This document shows, in pieces, positions 21,399 to 38,369 of a stretch of DNA of 64,000 nucleotides (its first letter is position 1; every line of letters begins with the position of its first letter). A program made the translations under genes and the position numbers. The notes under the pieces were generated by a model that was not told the DNA's origin, ran no database searches, and saw only the letters and a program-made list of their open reading frames with translations. The DNA lies in NCBI GenBank assembly GCA_964016885.1, contig OZ024764.1, positions 21,700,001-21,764,000 of the forward strand. Direction: 5' to 3'. The stretch is from Eledone cirrhosa (taxonomy: Eukaryota).

Positions 21399-24282
21399 TG
21401 TGTGTATATATATATATATATATATATGAAGGAACGATCGACTTTGGTCAAATCGGACCGAGGAGGCAATGTTTCCATTGGTCTTTCCAATTGCTAGTAC
21501 TAACGGTCGCAACTCCAGGTAGAAGGAACAACGTGAAATTAAGTGTCTTGCTCAAGGTCATAACGCATCGCCTGGTCCAGGAATCGAACTCACAACCTCA
21601 AGATATATATATATATATATAAATGAAGAATATAGAAATTATTGTAGCAAAAAGCCAACAGTATTCCATTATATATATGTATATATAGTATAAAAGAGAA
21701 AACACAGGTAAGCATTAAGAGAAGGATTTTATCCAGGTATTTACGACCGTTTCATTGGTAAGTGCAACCTTATATTTCTATCCTGCAAATAGCAGCCACT
21801 CAATTATAATTGTTGTTCACAGTCCAAATTTTCAAAATAGTAAGTTACTCTTGAAATAATTCTTAATATATAGAGAAAAACATTTATTTGGAATTGTATT
21901 TACTAGTATAGAGAGAGAGGAATCAGAAGGTGAGGGGACAGACGGAATAGTATAGAGAGAGAGGAAGGGGGAAGAGGTAGGAAGTAGAGTGACAAACTGA
22001 GATGGGGGGAGGGGTAGAGGTGGCAGGATTCTTTGGTCAGTTTTGACAGCAGACTTCATGTCGTGGAATGTAGTGAGTTAAAGAGAATTAAATTGATCAT
22101 TTTTGGAGGGATGGATATATATATATATAGTTAAATATTAGACAGGAACAAAAAACAGGCAGTGCAAATGGTAGTTTATACCGAGAGAGAGAGACAGACA
22201 AACACATCTATACCCCTACTACAGTAAAACAAAACATATGTAAGGGGAGACAACTTTCGTTACATCCCCCCTTCTTTTTGATATACGTCCTTTACATACT
22301 TTGTTCAATGGAATCTGCTTTATTTTGTGTCCTAAGTAGATTTCTGTTTAAGTATTTACGAGATTCACAATGATTCACGTAACCAAGTTACTTACATAGA
22401 GATATATTTCACATAGAATCACAACAAATGAAAATATTAAGTCAACACTCTGTCAATCAGTCTCACATCACATGGGGTGCTGGAGTCTCCCTCTAATACT
22501 TTCTGAGACAGTCTTACCTCGAGTGATAGCAAGGCTAAGATGTTGGAACTACCAAACACCCTCATATGTATCATCTGACACCTCGGTAAGGAGAGCTGCC
22601 AACGATAACAAGAACCTCGTTGTCAGGGACCTATCTCCTCCAAACTTCTCCAACACCACAGACTAGAATATTCTACTCTTTATTCCCTATCAAATATATT
22701 TCAGTCTAGTCATTTGTCTTGTATCTTGTATATGTATTTTCAAAACTAACTGTCACATTTGTGAGACCCTAGTTAGTGATGTTTTTCTCTCCCTCCCACA
22801 TGCTACATGCTGTAGTAAAAGTGAGGGTCACTGCTTCTGTAGACGAACGAAATAAAAGCTAAACTACCAGTAATTATCGGCAAAGTATTTATTCCAGTCT
22901 GTGATGTTTGAGAAGCTGGGCTGCTGACAACGAAGTTGTTGTCACTGTTGGCGGCTAGGCTTTACCGAAGTACCCGATGACTCTTGTGAGGGTACTTAGC
23001 TGTTCTGGCGGTTTAGCCTCCACGTGACCCGATCTTACCGAGATACCCGGTGATCTCTGTAAGAGTACTTAGCTGTTCTATTTTAATTACATTTACTGTT
23101 TTCACCTTTATTTTTTTTTATTACAAACTTTACATAAATTAATTCGGTAAAAATATTTTACGTCACAAAAAAACTTGACCTTTGACATTGAAGCATGCGC
23201 AGTGGTGCAGTTGTCGACTTCCTGTCCACGTGTTAGTCTTCCTACAACATCATTTAGAAGACATTTCTGTAAATACTAAACACCTGAGACTATAATGTAA
23301 GTATTATGTCTATTAATATTGTAGATTTAAGCTCACTTTTCACATCACAAATATATATTTTCTTGTTTGTTTCATTACTGGAAATATAAAATGTTATCGT
23401 AATTATCTATATTTTACCTACCTCTAATTAATTAAAGTGAAAACTTTTGTTGTTGCTGAAAAATAATTTAACAAAACTAAATATTTAAATATTCTAAAGG
23501 TCGTTTTTATATTATGTGATGATATAATTAATATATTTTATTACAATTGTATAAATTTACAGTAGAATAACGTTGTAAATACGTTTTAAATATATACATA
23601 AATAACATAAGTGTGTAAATAACATTATAAATTGCTGGCAATTCCTTGAGAAAGACATTACAAATATATTGTCTAAACTGTGTATAATAATATAATTTAT
23701 TGAACAATAATGATAAAGGAAAGAAAAACACAGTGGGAGATGGCAATTGACCACCAAACGAGGTAAACATTTTCAACTTTCCCCTTTTTTTGCTTTGTCT
23801 GAGACAACTCAAAATATTCTTCAAGGAACTGGATTTTCCATTCGGTTGGATCGAACGGATTTTACCATTTATAATCTACGGAGAGGAATAACAGATGTTC
23901 GGAGGAAAAAAGAATTGTTTGTGGCAACAACGTAGGGAACCAACCTGGAGCAATTGTATCACACAATTATACTTTCCTCCTTAACATACACTTACAATTT
24001 TTCAAAGTCAAACCCCCCAAATATAAAATATAAATAATTATAAATGGCGAGGAACCATCCCATCTCCCTCTTGAAATAACCTGAATCTATTTATAGTCAG
24101 GTGTGACTGAAAGGTCAATCCATACTTCCATTCTATTTCACAGAATTAGAAGCTTTGACCACTTGATAGAATTCAGGTCCAGTAATGTAATCACTCCGTA
24201 ATTGTAAACATCTTGTATCACTATCATTCAGGTTTTTATTTTACTTAAGTCTTGCCCATGTTTTTTTTTTTTTTTCTTTTTT

Positions 24283-27200
24283 ACACAAACTCACAATTTC
24301 GGTTTTTACTGCGGATTTACCCATGCGAACTATTACACAAACTCACAGCCTTAGATTTTGTATTTCTAGCGTTTTTATTTTCCTTCTCTTTGCATGTTCA
24401 GTGCTCTTTCTCTCCCACTGTATTTATCTGCCTCTCACATGACCACACTCCTCTCCAAGCACTCATCATCTTCTCACTCCTTCTACACCTTCCATCCCTC
24501 CCCTTGCTCAACCCTTACTTCCTCCTCGCGCACAGCCCACCTAGGTATTCGTTCAACCCGCCGGTGGCCCGATGTTTCGACCGAACTATCACCGGCGATT
24601 GCCGATTGCTAAAGTTGCCACCACTTTAACCTAGTCCACTCTAGGTGGGGGTGTCATGCGTTGAACGACCAAGAGACCTGCTTGGTGGAACGACTAATGT
24701 GACAACCGGTTAGCCTCCGACCTCTCATTCTCCACCAACTGCAGCACGCACGAGAGGAGCTAACTTGACCCCACCTACCCCTCCTCTCCTTCACGGCAGA
24801 TTCCGAACGAATCCAACCCGGCCAACCACACCACCCCTACAACTGTTAGCTCACCACCCAACCTCCGCTTTAGTCCCACCGTTAGAACCACTGTTTTCTC
24901 CTTTACTGACTCACTCCCTTCAGCGAATTCCAACGCTGGCCCTCTACTGCCGGCTGTTGCCAGCCCGCCACCTGATTGCACCATCTGTGCTCGCACTAAC
25001 CAGTACTTAAAGACAATTAAATGTCACCTATGCCACGCAAGCTACCACAGAAGCTGTGTCGGCATCACCAAAGCTCAAGCCGAAAGGCTTCAACACTGGA
25101 CCTGTCATCGGTGCCACTTCAGCTCTGACTATTCCGTGGGGATGACCAACACTCTACCGACGACTTTCCACAGCCCCCCCAGGGCTTCACCAAATCAAAG
25201 CTCGTTAACCGGACCCTTAAGGGAGCTCGGAACAGCTTTGCAGGTGCCCTCTCTAATTTACTGAAAAACGTTTGCTCGTCCAACAATAGTCTGGCAGAAA
25301 TTGTTTTTGTTTCCCCTCATCTCTCTTCACGTGCACAATGCGAACTCGGGTTCCCTCAAGTCCTCTCTCAAGCGGCAGTTCCAGCTGTTTGAGTCCACCC
25401 CAACCACGTCTCATCTCAGTTCGTCTCCGAGCTCGGTGTCCACCAACAGACAACCGGTAGACCTCAAGCGAGCCGTCCATGCCAAATTCAGCGAATTTGA
25501 CATTAAAGGGGCTGTCCTCCCTTGCTCCATGCAACTCTGACTCTCGTGAGCGTCTGAAAGAGAAGCACCCCCAGATGATCAGCAACACTGGCCCGAACCA
25601 CCAGAATACTTGAGACCGGTTTACACCACCAATATCATCAGAAAGGCGATTTTATCCTTCCTCGCTGGGTCAGGCGCGGGAATTGACGTCCTTCGTCCTC
25701 AACATCTCAAGGATGGTATCTCCTTATCGGCCGGTGATGCCGGACTCGAGCTCTTGGAGAGTCTGACTCAGTTTGTGAATCAGTGAACGTTCTCCCGTTC
25801 ATCCGCCCACTGTTCTTCGGTGCGAAGCTATTTGGTCTCACCAAGCCCAACGGGGACCTGCCCCGCATTGCGGTTGGCTGCACACCACGCCGCCTCACTG
25901 CAAAGGCGTGATTGCTGTTGGTCTCCAACCCACTGGCAGAGGAATTATCCCCCATCCAGCTGTGGGTGGGTACCAGGTTGGGATGTGTGGCTGCTGTCCA
26001 CGCTGCCAGAGCATTTGCCAACTTGCCCTCCTCATCCCCCAAGGTCATCCTCAAACTTGACCTCAGGAATGCCTTCAACTCCGTCAGCCGTAACATCGTC
26101 CTCGGCTCAGTAAGAGAGAGGGTCCCACAACTCTACCACTTTGCTTGGCAGGCTTATCGGGAGCCCTCCTACCTCTCTTTCAGTGACCAGATCATCACCT
26201 CTGCCTCAGGAGTCCAACAGGGTGAGCCACTCGGGACTCCCCCCCGCACTGGACATTGATGACATCACCAAGATGGGGGCTGAGTTGGACCTCAATGTCT
26301 GGTAGCTCGACGACGCCTGTTTGGGGGGAACTCCGGATATGGTTCTCGCCACTGCCAACAGGATGGTGGAGGAGCTTGGCGCCGGGGTCTCCAGATCAAT
26401 AGCTCCAAATGTGAGCTCTGGATCCTCAACCACCCGGCTTCTTAACACTAACAGCTGATCGACCTGTTCGCAGAGTCCTTCCCTTCCATCACGGTCCCTC
26501 CCCCGTCGGCTTGGTGCTCCATAGAAGCCCCAATCACAGACCTGGCCTTCGAGTCAACCATCCAATCGAAGATGGTTGGCCTTGAGCAGCTGCTGAGGAA
26601 TATTGAAGATATCGAACCCCATCAAGGTTTCTTCTTACTCAGGAACTACCTGTCTATTCCTAAGCTTCTGTATCTGCTCAAGGTCAGCCCCTCTCACAGA
26701 TTTCCATCCTGCCTCCAACACTTCGACGACCTAATCTTCGAGAGACTCGAGTGTCTGGTCAATGTTAGTAAGTGTTCGTCCCTCTCTCTCTCCACTGCTT
26801 CCTTTCCTCCACCCAAGCTTGCAGCATCCTCTCCTCTCCAACATGGACTAGTTCCAACAGGGAGTTGTGTGAAGCTCTCCAGCAATGGAGTGACTTGGGC
26901 TTGTCTCTTCCTGAGAAGGTGGAGGACAGTCGAAGTCAGAGAACTTGGGACAGGATACGTTGGAATGCCACCTTCGACTCCCTCTTCGTCCTCTCAGATC
27001 AGTTTACAAGGTGCCGCTTACCATCTGCCAGCGCCAAATACTCCGGTGACTGGGTCGATGCCTTACCCGTGGCCAACGTTGGAGGCCTACTCAGCCTGGA
27101 TGAACTTCGTGTCTCCATCACCCTCAGAGTGGGAGCTGACGTCTGCATGGGTTTGAGATTTGGCTAACTCCTCCACTCCACAGGCCCCCACGGTCTTTCT

Positions 27201-27800
27201 TGCCGCTTGAATGCCGGCCACTTCGCCCGTCACACGGAGCTAAACTTTATTCTGAAGAGTGCTTTGGCCCGGGCAAACATCCCCTCGGTCTTGGAACCAT
27301 CTGGGTTGTCCAGAAGTGACGGCAAAAGACCTGACGGCCTTACCCTGTGCCCCTGGTCGAGAGGCAGGTGCTTAATCTGGGACGTCACTGTTAGTGGCTC
27401 TTTTGCTCTTTCCCACATCCTTGATGCTGCGGTAAGGACGAGAGCCACAGCTTCGGCAGCCGAGCGGAGTAAGACCCTCAAATACTCTGATCTGTCGACC
27501 AGCTACATTTTTCAGCCTGTGGCTTTCGAGACGTTTGAGGGAGTCGGGCCGCTGACTGCGAGGTTCCTTTCCTCACTGGCGGCTCGCCTTATAGAGGTAA
27601 CTGGCGAAATCGCAGGGTCGCTTGGCTGTTCCAGCACCTCAGCCTCGCCATCACCCGATGTAACACTGCCAGTGTGCTGGCTTGCCTCAAAACTCATTAG
27701 AGAGGTTTCCCAGTACCCCTCGTTGCTGTCTTTTGCTCTGGTGTTGGCTCCGTTGTCCACCCCTTCCTTTACATTTTCTTTAATATTGCAACATTGAAGG
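24283..27800 (+). mobile_element. CRE-clade non-LTR retrotransposon, near full-length pseudocopy
   Basis: RT motifs LFGLTKPNGDL.RIAVG, LKLDLRNAFNSVSR, GVQQG(E/D)PLG and NVW*LDD; RLE KRPDG..WDVTV; multiple stops and frameshifts. Confidence 0.88.
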
Positions 27801-29132
27801 AATTTATCTTTCATTGTATCATCCTTTATCTACAAATCTAGTCGTTTCCTGCTACTTTGTTCCCTGGGGTATGCCTTAGTATTTGACACCATCTATCTGT
27901 CTTACTCCCTAACTAGCAAGAAGTTAATCTGTCTCATGTGTTCACCTGATTGGTAGGTTATTAGGTGGTTGGTAGGTTTCTTGAAGTGTTGCAAATGGCT
28001 AGTTCACTTGCATCACAAAATACAAGAAGCCTCACTCCTTCTTCATTTCTTGAGCCATAACCATGACCACCATGTACCCCAGTGTATCCATCCTGGAGCT
28101 GTCCAACATGACCATTGAAGTCCCCTGCTATTATAACTAGGTCTCTGTCATTGTGGTTACCTCTACTTATTCCTTTTCTACATATGGAGCAGGGCCACTT
28201 TCCTGAAGGTGTCAGGGTCTTCTCTCCTATCCATTACCACTTTAGTTTTGGCTAAGTATATTCTCAGAACTTACCATTTCAAATTCTATATCTATAGCTG
28301 GTCATCTACATAGAGAAGTTTCCATAGACAGCCAGTCTTAAACCTCTCTGTTATGGCTTGGAGAACTATGATGAACAACAGTGGGCTAAGAACTAAACCA
28401 TGATGAACTACTACCTGTACCTTCAATTCCTCACTAAAAACACTTTACTGACAGCTTCTAACAAGCCATTCTTCTACACCTAATTTCCTTAACCCTTTAG
28501 TATATAAACTGGCCATATCTGGCCAGAATTCTCGCACATCTTTCTGTTCAAACTAGCTGTAACTGGTCATTTATACTTATGTTAAGGTATTGTTCTCAAA
28601 ATAAATAACATCAAAATCTCAGATTTGACATTATGAGAGATAAAGCATTTACTGTGAAAATATAATAGTAAATATAGAGTAATGTGAATACTAAAGGGTT
28701 AATCTAAAGTCACTAATAACTACTTTTATCTGTCAGTATAATCTACTGCCACTAATAACTACTTTTATCAGTCAGTTTAATCTACTGCCACTAATAACTA
28801 ACCTATGTTAGTCAGCACATTCTTCACCAAGGAAGGCCTTAGTATTTATTACAGTCCATTTATCAATATAGAAATATTATATGAAATTTGTACTGATGTA
28901 TTACAAGTTTCTGAGTATCTTATAATGTTCTTTTATAATTTCAGAATACCAGAGGACATTGGCATTAAAGAGCACGTTACATCAGACATATCCTCAACAT
29001 TAACCATTTCTAATGAAAGACACTACCCATCATTTTCAAATAATTCTGAAAACACTCAACACTTTGAAGTGATTTAGTAATATAACTAAATTTCTCAGTA
29101 TTAAGCTGTGAATTATGTGAGAAACTGATTGA

Positions 29133-30164
<1,032 letters not shown>

Positions 30165-30634
30165 ATTAAAGTTTTTCACGTTAAACTTTGATTTATTATA
30201 CTTTAACAGGTAAGATATATATTTGTATTTTTAGTAAAGGTTGGGAACTTCTGTAATTTAAACATGCCAATAAAATGAAAACTTTTGTTGTTGCTAGTCA
30301 GACATTGATATTAATTCTATTGTCCTGTACATTGTCTCAAATATCACAGATTAAACAGATTTTAACAATAACAACAGAAATCAATAACTTGTAAGCCCAA
30401 TATCTAGCTTCCATTTTAACTATTTGACATTGTTGTTCCCCTCCTGTCTCTTCAGGTGTTTTAGATTTCAACTTCTATCTACTGTACTATTCCATCACCA
30501 AGGCAACATTCATCTGGCTGGCAGCTTACATCAACTACAAATCTCATCAGTGGTTCAAAACAGGCTGTCTGAAAGAAACTTCCAGATATCTTCTATGTCA
30601 TAGCTATCAATCTCCTCCTCCTTATCATATGTAC

Positions 30635-31875
30635 CACTCTCACAGTCCCTCTAGATCTTATATTTAACAGGGAGATCTTTTACTGTCCCTACCCTTTTCT
30701 CTAGGTTGTCTTGTACCTCTCTCATAGTCCCTCTAGATCTTATATTTAACAGGGAGATCTTTTACTGTCCCTACCCTTTTCTCTAGGTATCCCTCTAGAT
30801 CTTATATTTAACACGGAGATCTTTTACTGTCCCTACCCTTTTCTCTAGGTATCCCTCTAGATCTTATATTTAACAGGGAGATCTTTTACTGTCCCTACCC
30901 TTTTCTCTAGGTATCCCTCTAGATCTTATATTTAACACGGAGATCTTTTACTGTCCCTACCCTTTTCTCTAGGTATCCCTCTAGATCTTATATTTAACAG
31001 GGAGATCTTTTACTGTCCCTACCCTTTTCTCTAGATTCTCTTGTATCTCTTTCACAGTATTTCTAGATCTTATATTTAACACAGAGATCTTTTACTAGCT
31101 CTAAAATTTTCTCTAGGTATCCCTCTAGATCTTATATTTAACAGGGAGATCTTTTACTGTCCCTACCCTTTTCTCTAGGTTGTCTTGTACCTCTCTCACA
31201 GTCCCTCTAGATCTTATATTTAACAGGGAGATCTTTTACTGTCTATACCCTTTTCTCTAGGTTGTCTTGTACCTCTCTCACAGTCCCTCTAGATCTTATA
31301 TTTAACAGGGAGATGTTTTACTATCCCTACCCTTTTCTCTAGGTTGTCTTGTACCTCTCTCACACTCCCTCTAGATCTTATATTTAACAGGGAGATCTTT
31401 TACTGTCCCTACCCTTTTCTCTAGATTCTCTTGTATCTCTTTCACAGTATTTCTAGATCTTATATTTAACAGGGAGATCTTTTACTAGCCCTAAAATTTT
31501 CTCAAGGTTTTCTTTTACCTCTCTCACAGTCCCTCTAGATCTTATATTTAACAGGGAGCTCTTTTACTGTCCCTACCCTTTTCTCTAGGTTGTCTTATAC
31601 CACTCTCACAGTACCTCTAGATCTTATATTTAACAGGGAGATCTTTTACTATCCCTACCCTTTTCTCTAGGTTGTCTTGTACCTCTCTCACAGTCCCTCT
31701 AGATCTTATATTTAACAAGGAGATCTTTTACTCTCCAACCCTTTTCTCTAGGTCGTCATGTACCTCCCTCACAATCCCTGTAGATCTTATATTTAACAGG
31801 GTGATCTTTTACTCTCCAACCCTTCTTTCTCCAGATAGTCTTGTATCTGTCAGTCCCTCTAGATCTCACACCTAG
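30635..31875. repeat. 82-bp minisatellite, expanded (~17 units), including a run of 62-bp deletion-variant units
   Basis: Period 62 around 30791 to 30853; period 82 elsewhere. Confidence 0.93.
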
Positions 31876-33763
31876 TATCTAGTCTATGTTGAGTGGTACG
31901 TCCTTCTCCAGTAAAGGAGTTAATATTCCCAACCATCTGTCTATCCTGTTTTCTGATGAGAATGAAGTCAATCTAGTTTATCTCTTCAACTGATTGAAGT
32001 AACTAGATCAAGTAACTAGATGGTTTCATGTAAGTTAGTGTTGCAGTGTTTGTGTCACCATGTAAGGTTTATATCTATTAATATAGAGATGTAGTAAAGT
32101 TTTCACTGTTGTATCTCTATTTTCTAAATATCTTAATAATGTTTCTCTACTATTTCAGAATATCACATGACCTTGACAGAAAAGAGTCTTTTAAAGACAA
32201 CAGAAAGATGTTACATACAAGTGATATAAACTTGTTTAGTCTGTGGTGAATTATGGTGAAATATTTCTTCTGAATTGAGATAAATAACATTTTCCTTTTT
32301 CACTGTCTGGAATATTTACAAGATGATTTTACATTCTGATTAAACTTTGGATATTTACAAAGGAGTTTTCAAAATATTTGGATATTGACAAAGATCACAT
32401 TTGATAAAATTATGAACAAAAGAAATATTTACATCAACATAGGAATATTTTCCAGAAGAGATGGGAAAATCATTATACCACTGTAATATTTGTGGTAAAG
32501 TATTCTCTCTTCTTTATATGTAGAACATCTAACTAAACACTTTAACTAACAAACTATTGTGCTATAGAATTGACAAACTTGAGGAATGTTTAATAAATGT
32601 TGCAGATTTCTCCAAACTGTCATTTACTAACTTTAATTTGAAGCTATATTATCTATATACTACTAAAACTCTGTGATTGTGTTTTGTCCGTAATTTAATA
32701 CAGCTAAAACAGTGCATAATGGGGAAATACTTTGAAAAGACTAAAACAAGTTTTGTATGAATTGGAGCACAGGTTCCCAAGATACGGGGTTTTCTGGGTA
32801 CCTTCATAAATATCGGGAGAGAGCGAGACAGTGGTGGTGAGAGAGTGGGAGCTGGTGGTGTTAAATAAAATGTATGTGTGTGTGTATATATATATATATA
32901 TATACGTATATATATATATATATATACGTATGTGCATATATATGTATCTGTATATATATATACGTATTAAGCATATAGACAATATGCCCCCACACCCTTC
33001 CTCTGCAAGGTGGTCGTGGAGGTGCCACGGCAAAAAAGCACCGAGCCCACACTGTAAAGTGGACATGTAGGCACAACGAAAAAGGAATAAAACAAGTTTT
33101 GTATAAATTGGAGCACAGGTTCCCAAGATATGCAGCTAACAGCTAGCCACCTAAGCACCTATGGTGGTATATTTATTATATTATTTATTCTTTATCATTA
33201 ACATTAATATAAAAGATAATTATATATTTTTAGAGAAGAACCTCTAACTTCATATAGCTTAGGGCTTCAGTAGGTAAAAGTCTGGCCCTGCTTGTCTTGT
33301 ATTTTTTAGGGGAGAAGTTAGGGAATACTGTTATTGTGTGAAAGTTTTCTAAATCTTCTTCAGCCACTAACATGGAGAAGATATTTCAGTAAGAAGGTTC
33401 ACATCCTGACATCTATAGCTGTTAACAATGAGATTGGAATTCATTATTAAACAAATGTTATATCATCATCACTGTTTAACATCAGTTTTTCCACGCTGGC
33501 ATGGGTTAGACGAGTTATCCTGTTGTAAGCAAGGCCAGGTCAGGTGACCACGTCTGGCTCCTACAGAACAAATTTTGGTTTTGTTTCTACAGCTGGATGC
33601 CCTTCCTAGCACCAACCTTATTTACATTGAGTACTGGGTGCTTTTTGCCATGGCATCTACATGACCACTTTACAGCATTAAGAAATCAGAAGATCGCTGT
33701 TTTCTATAATTTTATAATATACATATACACACACATACAAACACACACATATATATATATGTA

Positions 33764-35782
33764 CAGTGGTACCTTGACTTACGAGTGTCCCAAGTAAAGA
33801 GTTTTCGAGATACGAGCCCTCTCTCGGCTGATTTTTTGCGTTTTGTTCCAGTTCTCGTTGGCATAGCGACCGCCACAGGGAATACCATAACACCCGTCCA
33901 GCATCCCATGGCTTCGAAGAAAGTGAGGGCGAGGGACAGTTCTGAGAAGAAGAAGCAGATGATGTGTATTGAATTAAAGAAAGAAATTATAGAAAAACAT
34001 GACCAAGGTGTGTGTAGTGGACTTGAAGTAGTACGAGCGTAGCACTTCTACGATATGTACCATACTGAAGAAGAAGGACTTGATAAAGGCTATAACCCCA
34101 GCTAAGGGTGGTAAAATAATTTCTAAACAGCGGACATCTATCCATGAAAATGTGGAAAAGCTGCTGATGGTGTGGTTGACGGAGAAGCAGCTCGCAAGAG
34201 ATACTGTGATGAAGATTATAATATGTGAGAAGGCACGAGCTATTTACGCTGATTTGCTGCAGCAGACCCCAGGCACTTCTACGGACGAGCCATCGGCAAG
34301 CCCTTTAATGCCAGTCGGGGTTGGTTTGAGAATTTTAAAAAGAGGACCGGCATTCACTCAGTTGTCAGGCATGGTGAGGCAGCGAGCGCGGATATGAAGG
34401 CAGCTGAGGATTACCTCAAAACCTTTGCCGGAATTATAGCAGCCAAAGGATACATCCTTCAGCAAGTCTTTAACTGTGATGAAACAGGACTTTTTTGGAA
34501 GAAGATGCCAAGGAGGACTTATATAACGGCAGAGGAGAAGAGGATGCCTGGCCACAAACCCATGAAGGATAGGCTAACCCTCGCACTGTGTGCCACTGAG
34601 CGGCGAGTAAGATTATTTTGCCGCTCGTTTATCATTCAGAAAACTCCAGAACCTTTAAGTCACATAAGATTCTGAAAGAAAAACTGCAGGTTATGTGGAG
34701 GGCAAACCCGAGGTCATGGGTCACCAGGTAGTTTTTTGTGGAGTGGGTGAATTTGGTCTTTGGTCCTGACGTTAAAAAATATCTCCAGGAAAATAACCTA
34801 CCCCTGTAAACCCTTCTTGTCCTACATAATTCACCTGCTCACCAACCCACCCTCGAAGAGTTCAAGTTTATAAAGGTTCTCTACCTTCCACCAAACACCA
34901 CCCCTAACCTACAGACCAAGGACCAGCGGGTACTTTCTAATTTCAAGAAGCTCTTCACCAAGCACCTGTTCAGTCGCTGCTTTGAAGTGACGGGGAGCAC
35001 AAACTTCACCCTTGAGAGGTCTGGAAGGACCATTATAACATCGTGATATGCCTCAGAATTATCGATATGACCTGGCAGGGTCTTACAAAGAGGACCTTGA
35101 CCTCTACATGGAAGAAGCTGTGGCCTGAAGTTGTGTCTAAAACAGACTTTGAAAGACTGGAACCCGAAGCGGCAGTGGTGGCGGAGATTGTACCCCTCGG
35201 TAAGTCCATGGGCCTGGACATGGATGAAGGTGACATCAACGAGCTCATCGAGGAGCACCCCGAGGAAGTGACAACGAAGGAATTAAAGGAGCTACAGACA
35301 CAGCAACACACGGAGTTTTTGCAGGAAATAGGTGACACAGTGGAGGTTATCTCAACAAGTGAGATGAAACAAACCTTATTAGACAGGTTTTTATCGAAAA
35401 TCCCTCAGATAAAAGTGAGGAACGCGTGGCGAAAAGGGCAAAAATCAGCGAATAAGATTCAGTTATTCAGTTCATCCTTTCTCCTCCGACAACATCCTCA
35501 AGTCGTCTGATCTCCAAGATAGATGCTGTACATTATACTTAATAAAACTAGTTTATTGTAGTACATTCTATTGTATTGTTTTTTATATACAATATTTGTT
35601 ATTTATAAGTACATTTTTCTTATTTAAAAACACGTAACAAAACAAACTGTGGTTTTGGGGGTCTGGAACGGATTAACGGCATTTATTTTATTTCAGTGGG
35701 GAAAATTGATTTGACATACGAGTAATTTAAGTTACGAGGTCCTCCACGGAACAAATTAAACTCATAAGTCAAGGTACCACAG
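33764..35782 (+). mobile_element. Tigger/pogo transposon copy 3, both TIRs visible, decayed transposase
   Basis: TA|cagtggtaccttgacttacgag (33764-33785) pairs with ctcataagtcaaggtaccacag (35761-35782). DDE_1 fragment QQVFNCDETGLFWKKMPRRTYITAEEKRMPGHKPMKDRLTL. Confidence 0.93.
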
Positions 35783-36829
35783 TGTGTATATATATATATA
35801 TGAAGGAACGATCAACTTTCGTCAAATCGGACCGAGGAAGCAATGTTTCCATTGGTCTTTCCAATTGCTAGTACTAACGGTCGCAACTCTAGGTAGAAGG
35901 AACAACGTGAAATAAAGTGTCTTGCTCAAGGACATAACGCATCGCCTGGTCAAGGAAGCAAACTCACAACCTCAAGATATATATATATATATATAGTTAA
36001 ATATTAGACAGGAACAAAAAACAGAGGCAGTGCAAATGGTAGCTTATACCGAGAGAGAGACAGACAAACACATATAAACCCCTACTACTGTAAAACATAA
36101 AACATATGTAAGGGGAGACAACTCTCGTTACATCCCCTCTTCTTTTTGATATACGTCCTTTAAATACTTTGTTCAATGGAATCTGCTTTATTTTGTGTCC
36201 TAAGTAGATTTCTGTTTAAGTATTTACGAGATTCACAATGATTCACGTAACCAAGTTACTTACATAGAGATATATTTCACATAGAATCACAACAAATGAA
36301 AATATTAAGTCAACACTCTGTCAATCAGTCTCACATCACTTGGGGTGCCGGAGTCTCCCTCTAATACTTTCTGAGACAGTCTTACCTCGAGTGATAGCAA
36401 GGCTAAGATGTTGGAACTACCAAACACCCTCATATGTATCACCTGACACCTCGGTAAGGAGAGCTGCCAACGATAACAAGAACCTCGTTGTCAGGGACCT
36501 ATCTCCTCCAAACTTCTCCAACACCACAGACTAGAATATTCTACTCTTTATTCCCTATGAAATATATTTCAGTCTAGTCATTTGTCTTGTATGTTGTATA
36601 TATCTTTTCAAAACTAACTGTCACATTTGTGAGACCCCAGTTAGTGATGTTTTTGTCTCCCTCCCACATCTTACATGCTGTAGTAAAAGTGAGGGTCACT
36701 GCTTCTGTAGACGAACGAAATAAAAGCTAAACTACCAGTAATTATCGGCAAAGTATTTATTCCAGTCTGTGATGTTTGAGAAGCTGGGCTACTGACAACG
36801 AAGTTGTGGTCACTGTTGGCGGCTGGCTT

Positions 36830-37722
<893 letters not shown>

Positions 37723-38369
37723 CTGTATCAATATCAAACTCATTACATCATACTACAACAACAACAATTGTGTAGATCCATCATCCTGGCTAAAACTGGG
37801 GATAACCTTGTAGGTTTTACCTATGACAGGGATCATAAACACCAGGTTTCCATTTTTGAAGTAGTGTTTGAAGATTTTGTGTAAATTAAAGTTTTTCACA
37901 TCAAACTTTGATTTATTATACTTTAACAGGTAAGATATATATTTGTATTTTTAGTAAAGGTTTGGGAACTTCTGTAATTTAAACCTGCCAATAAAATGAA
38001 AACTTTTGTTGTTGTTAGTCAGACATTGATATTAATTCTATTGTCCTGTACATTGTCTCAAATATCACAGATTAAACAGATTTTAACAATAACAACAGAA
38101 GTCAATAACTTGTAAGCCTAATATCTAGCTTCCATTTTAACTATTTGATATTGTTGTTACCCTCCTGTCTCTTCAGGTCTTTTAGATTTCAACTTCTATC
38201 TACTGTACTATTCCATCATCAAGGCAACATTCATCTGGCTGGCAGCTTACATCAACTACAGATCTCATCAGTGGTTCACAACAGGCTGTCTGAAAGAAAC
38301 TTGCTGATATCTTCTATGTCATAGCTATCAATCTCCTCCTCCTTATCATATGTATCATGTAGAACATCT

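Noticed and set aside
3529-24252. Offset of 19,999 bp between units 1 and 2, suggesting an artificial duplication
   Set aside because: The offset varies along the units, and the copies differ by many substitutions and indels.
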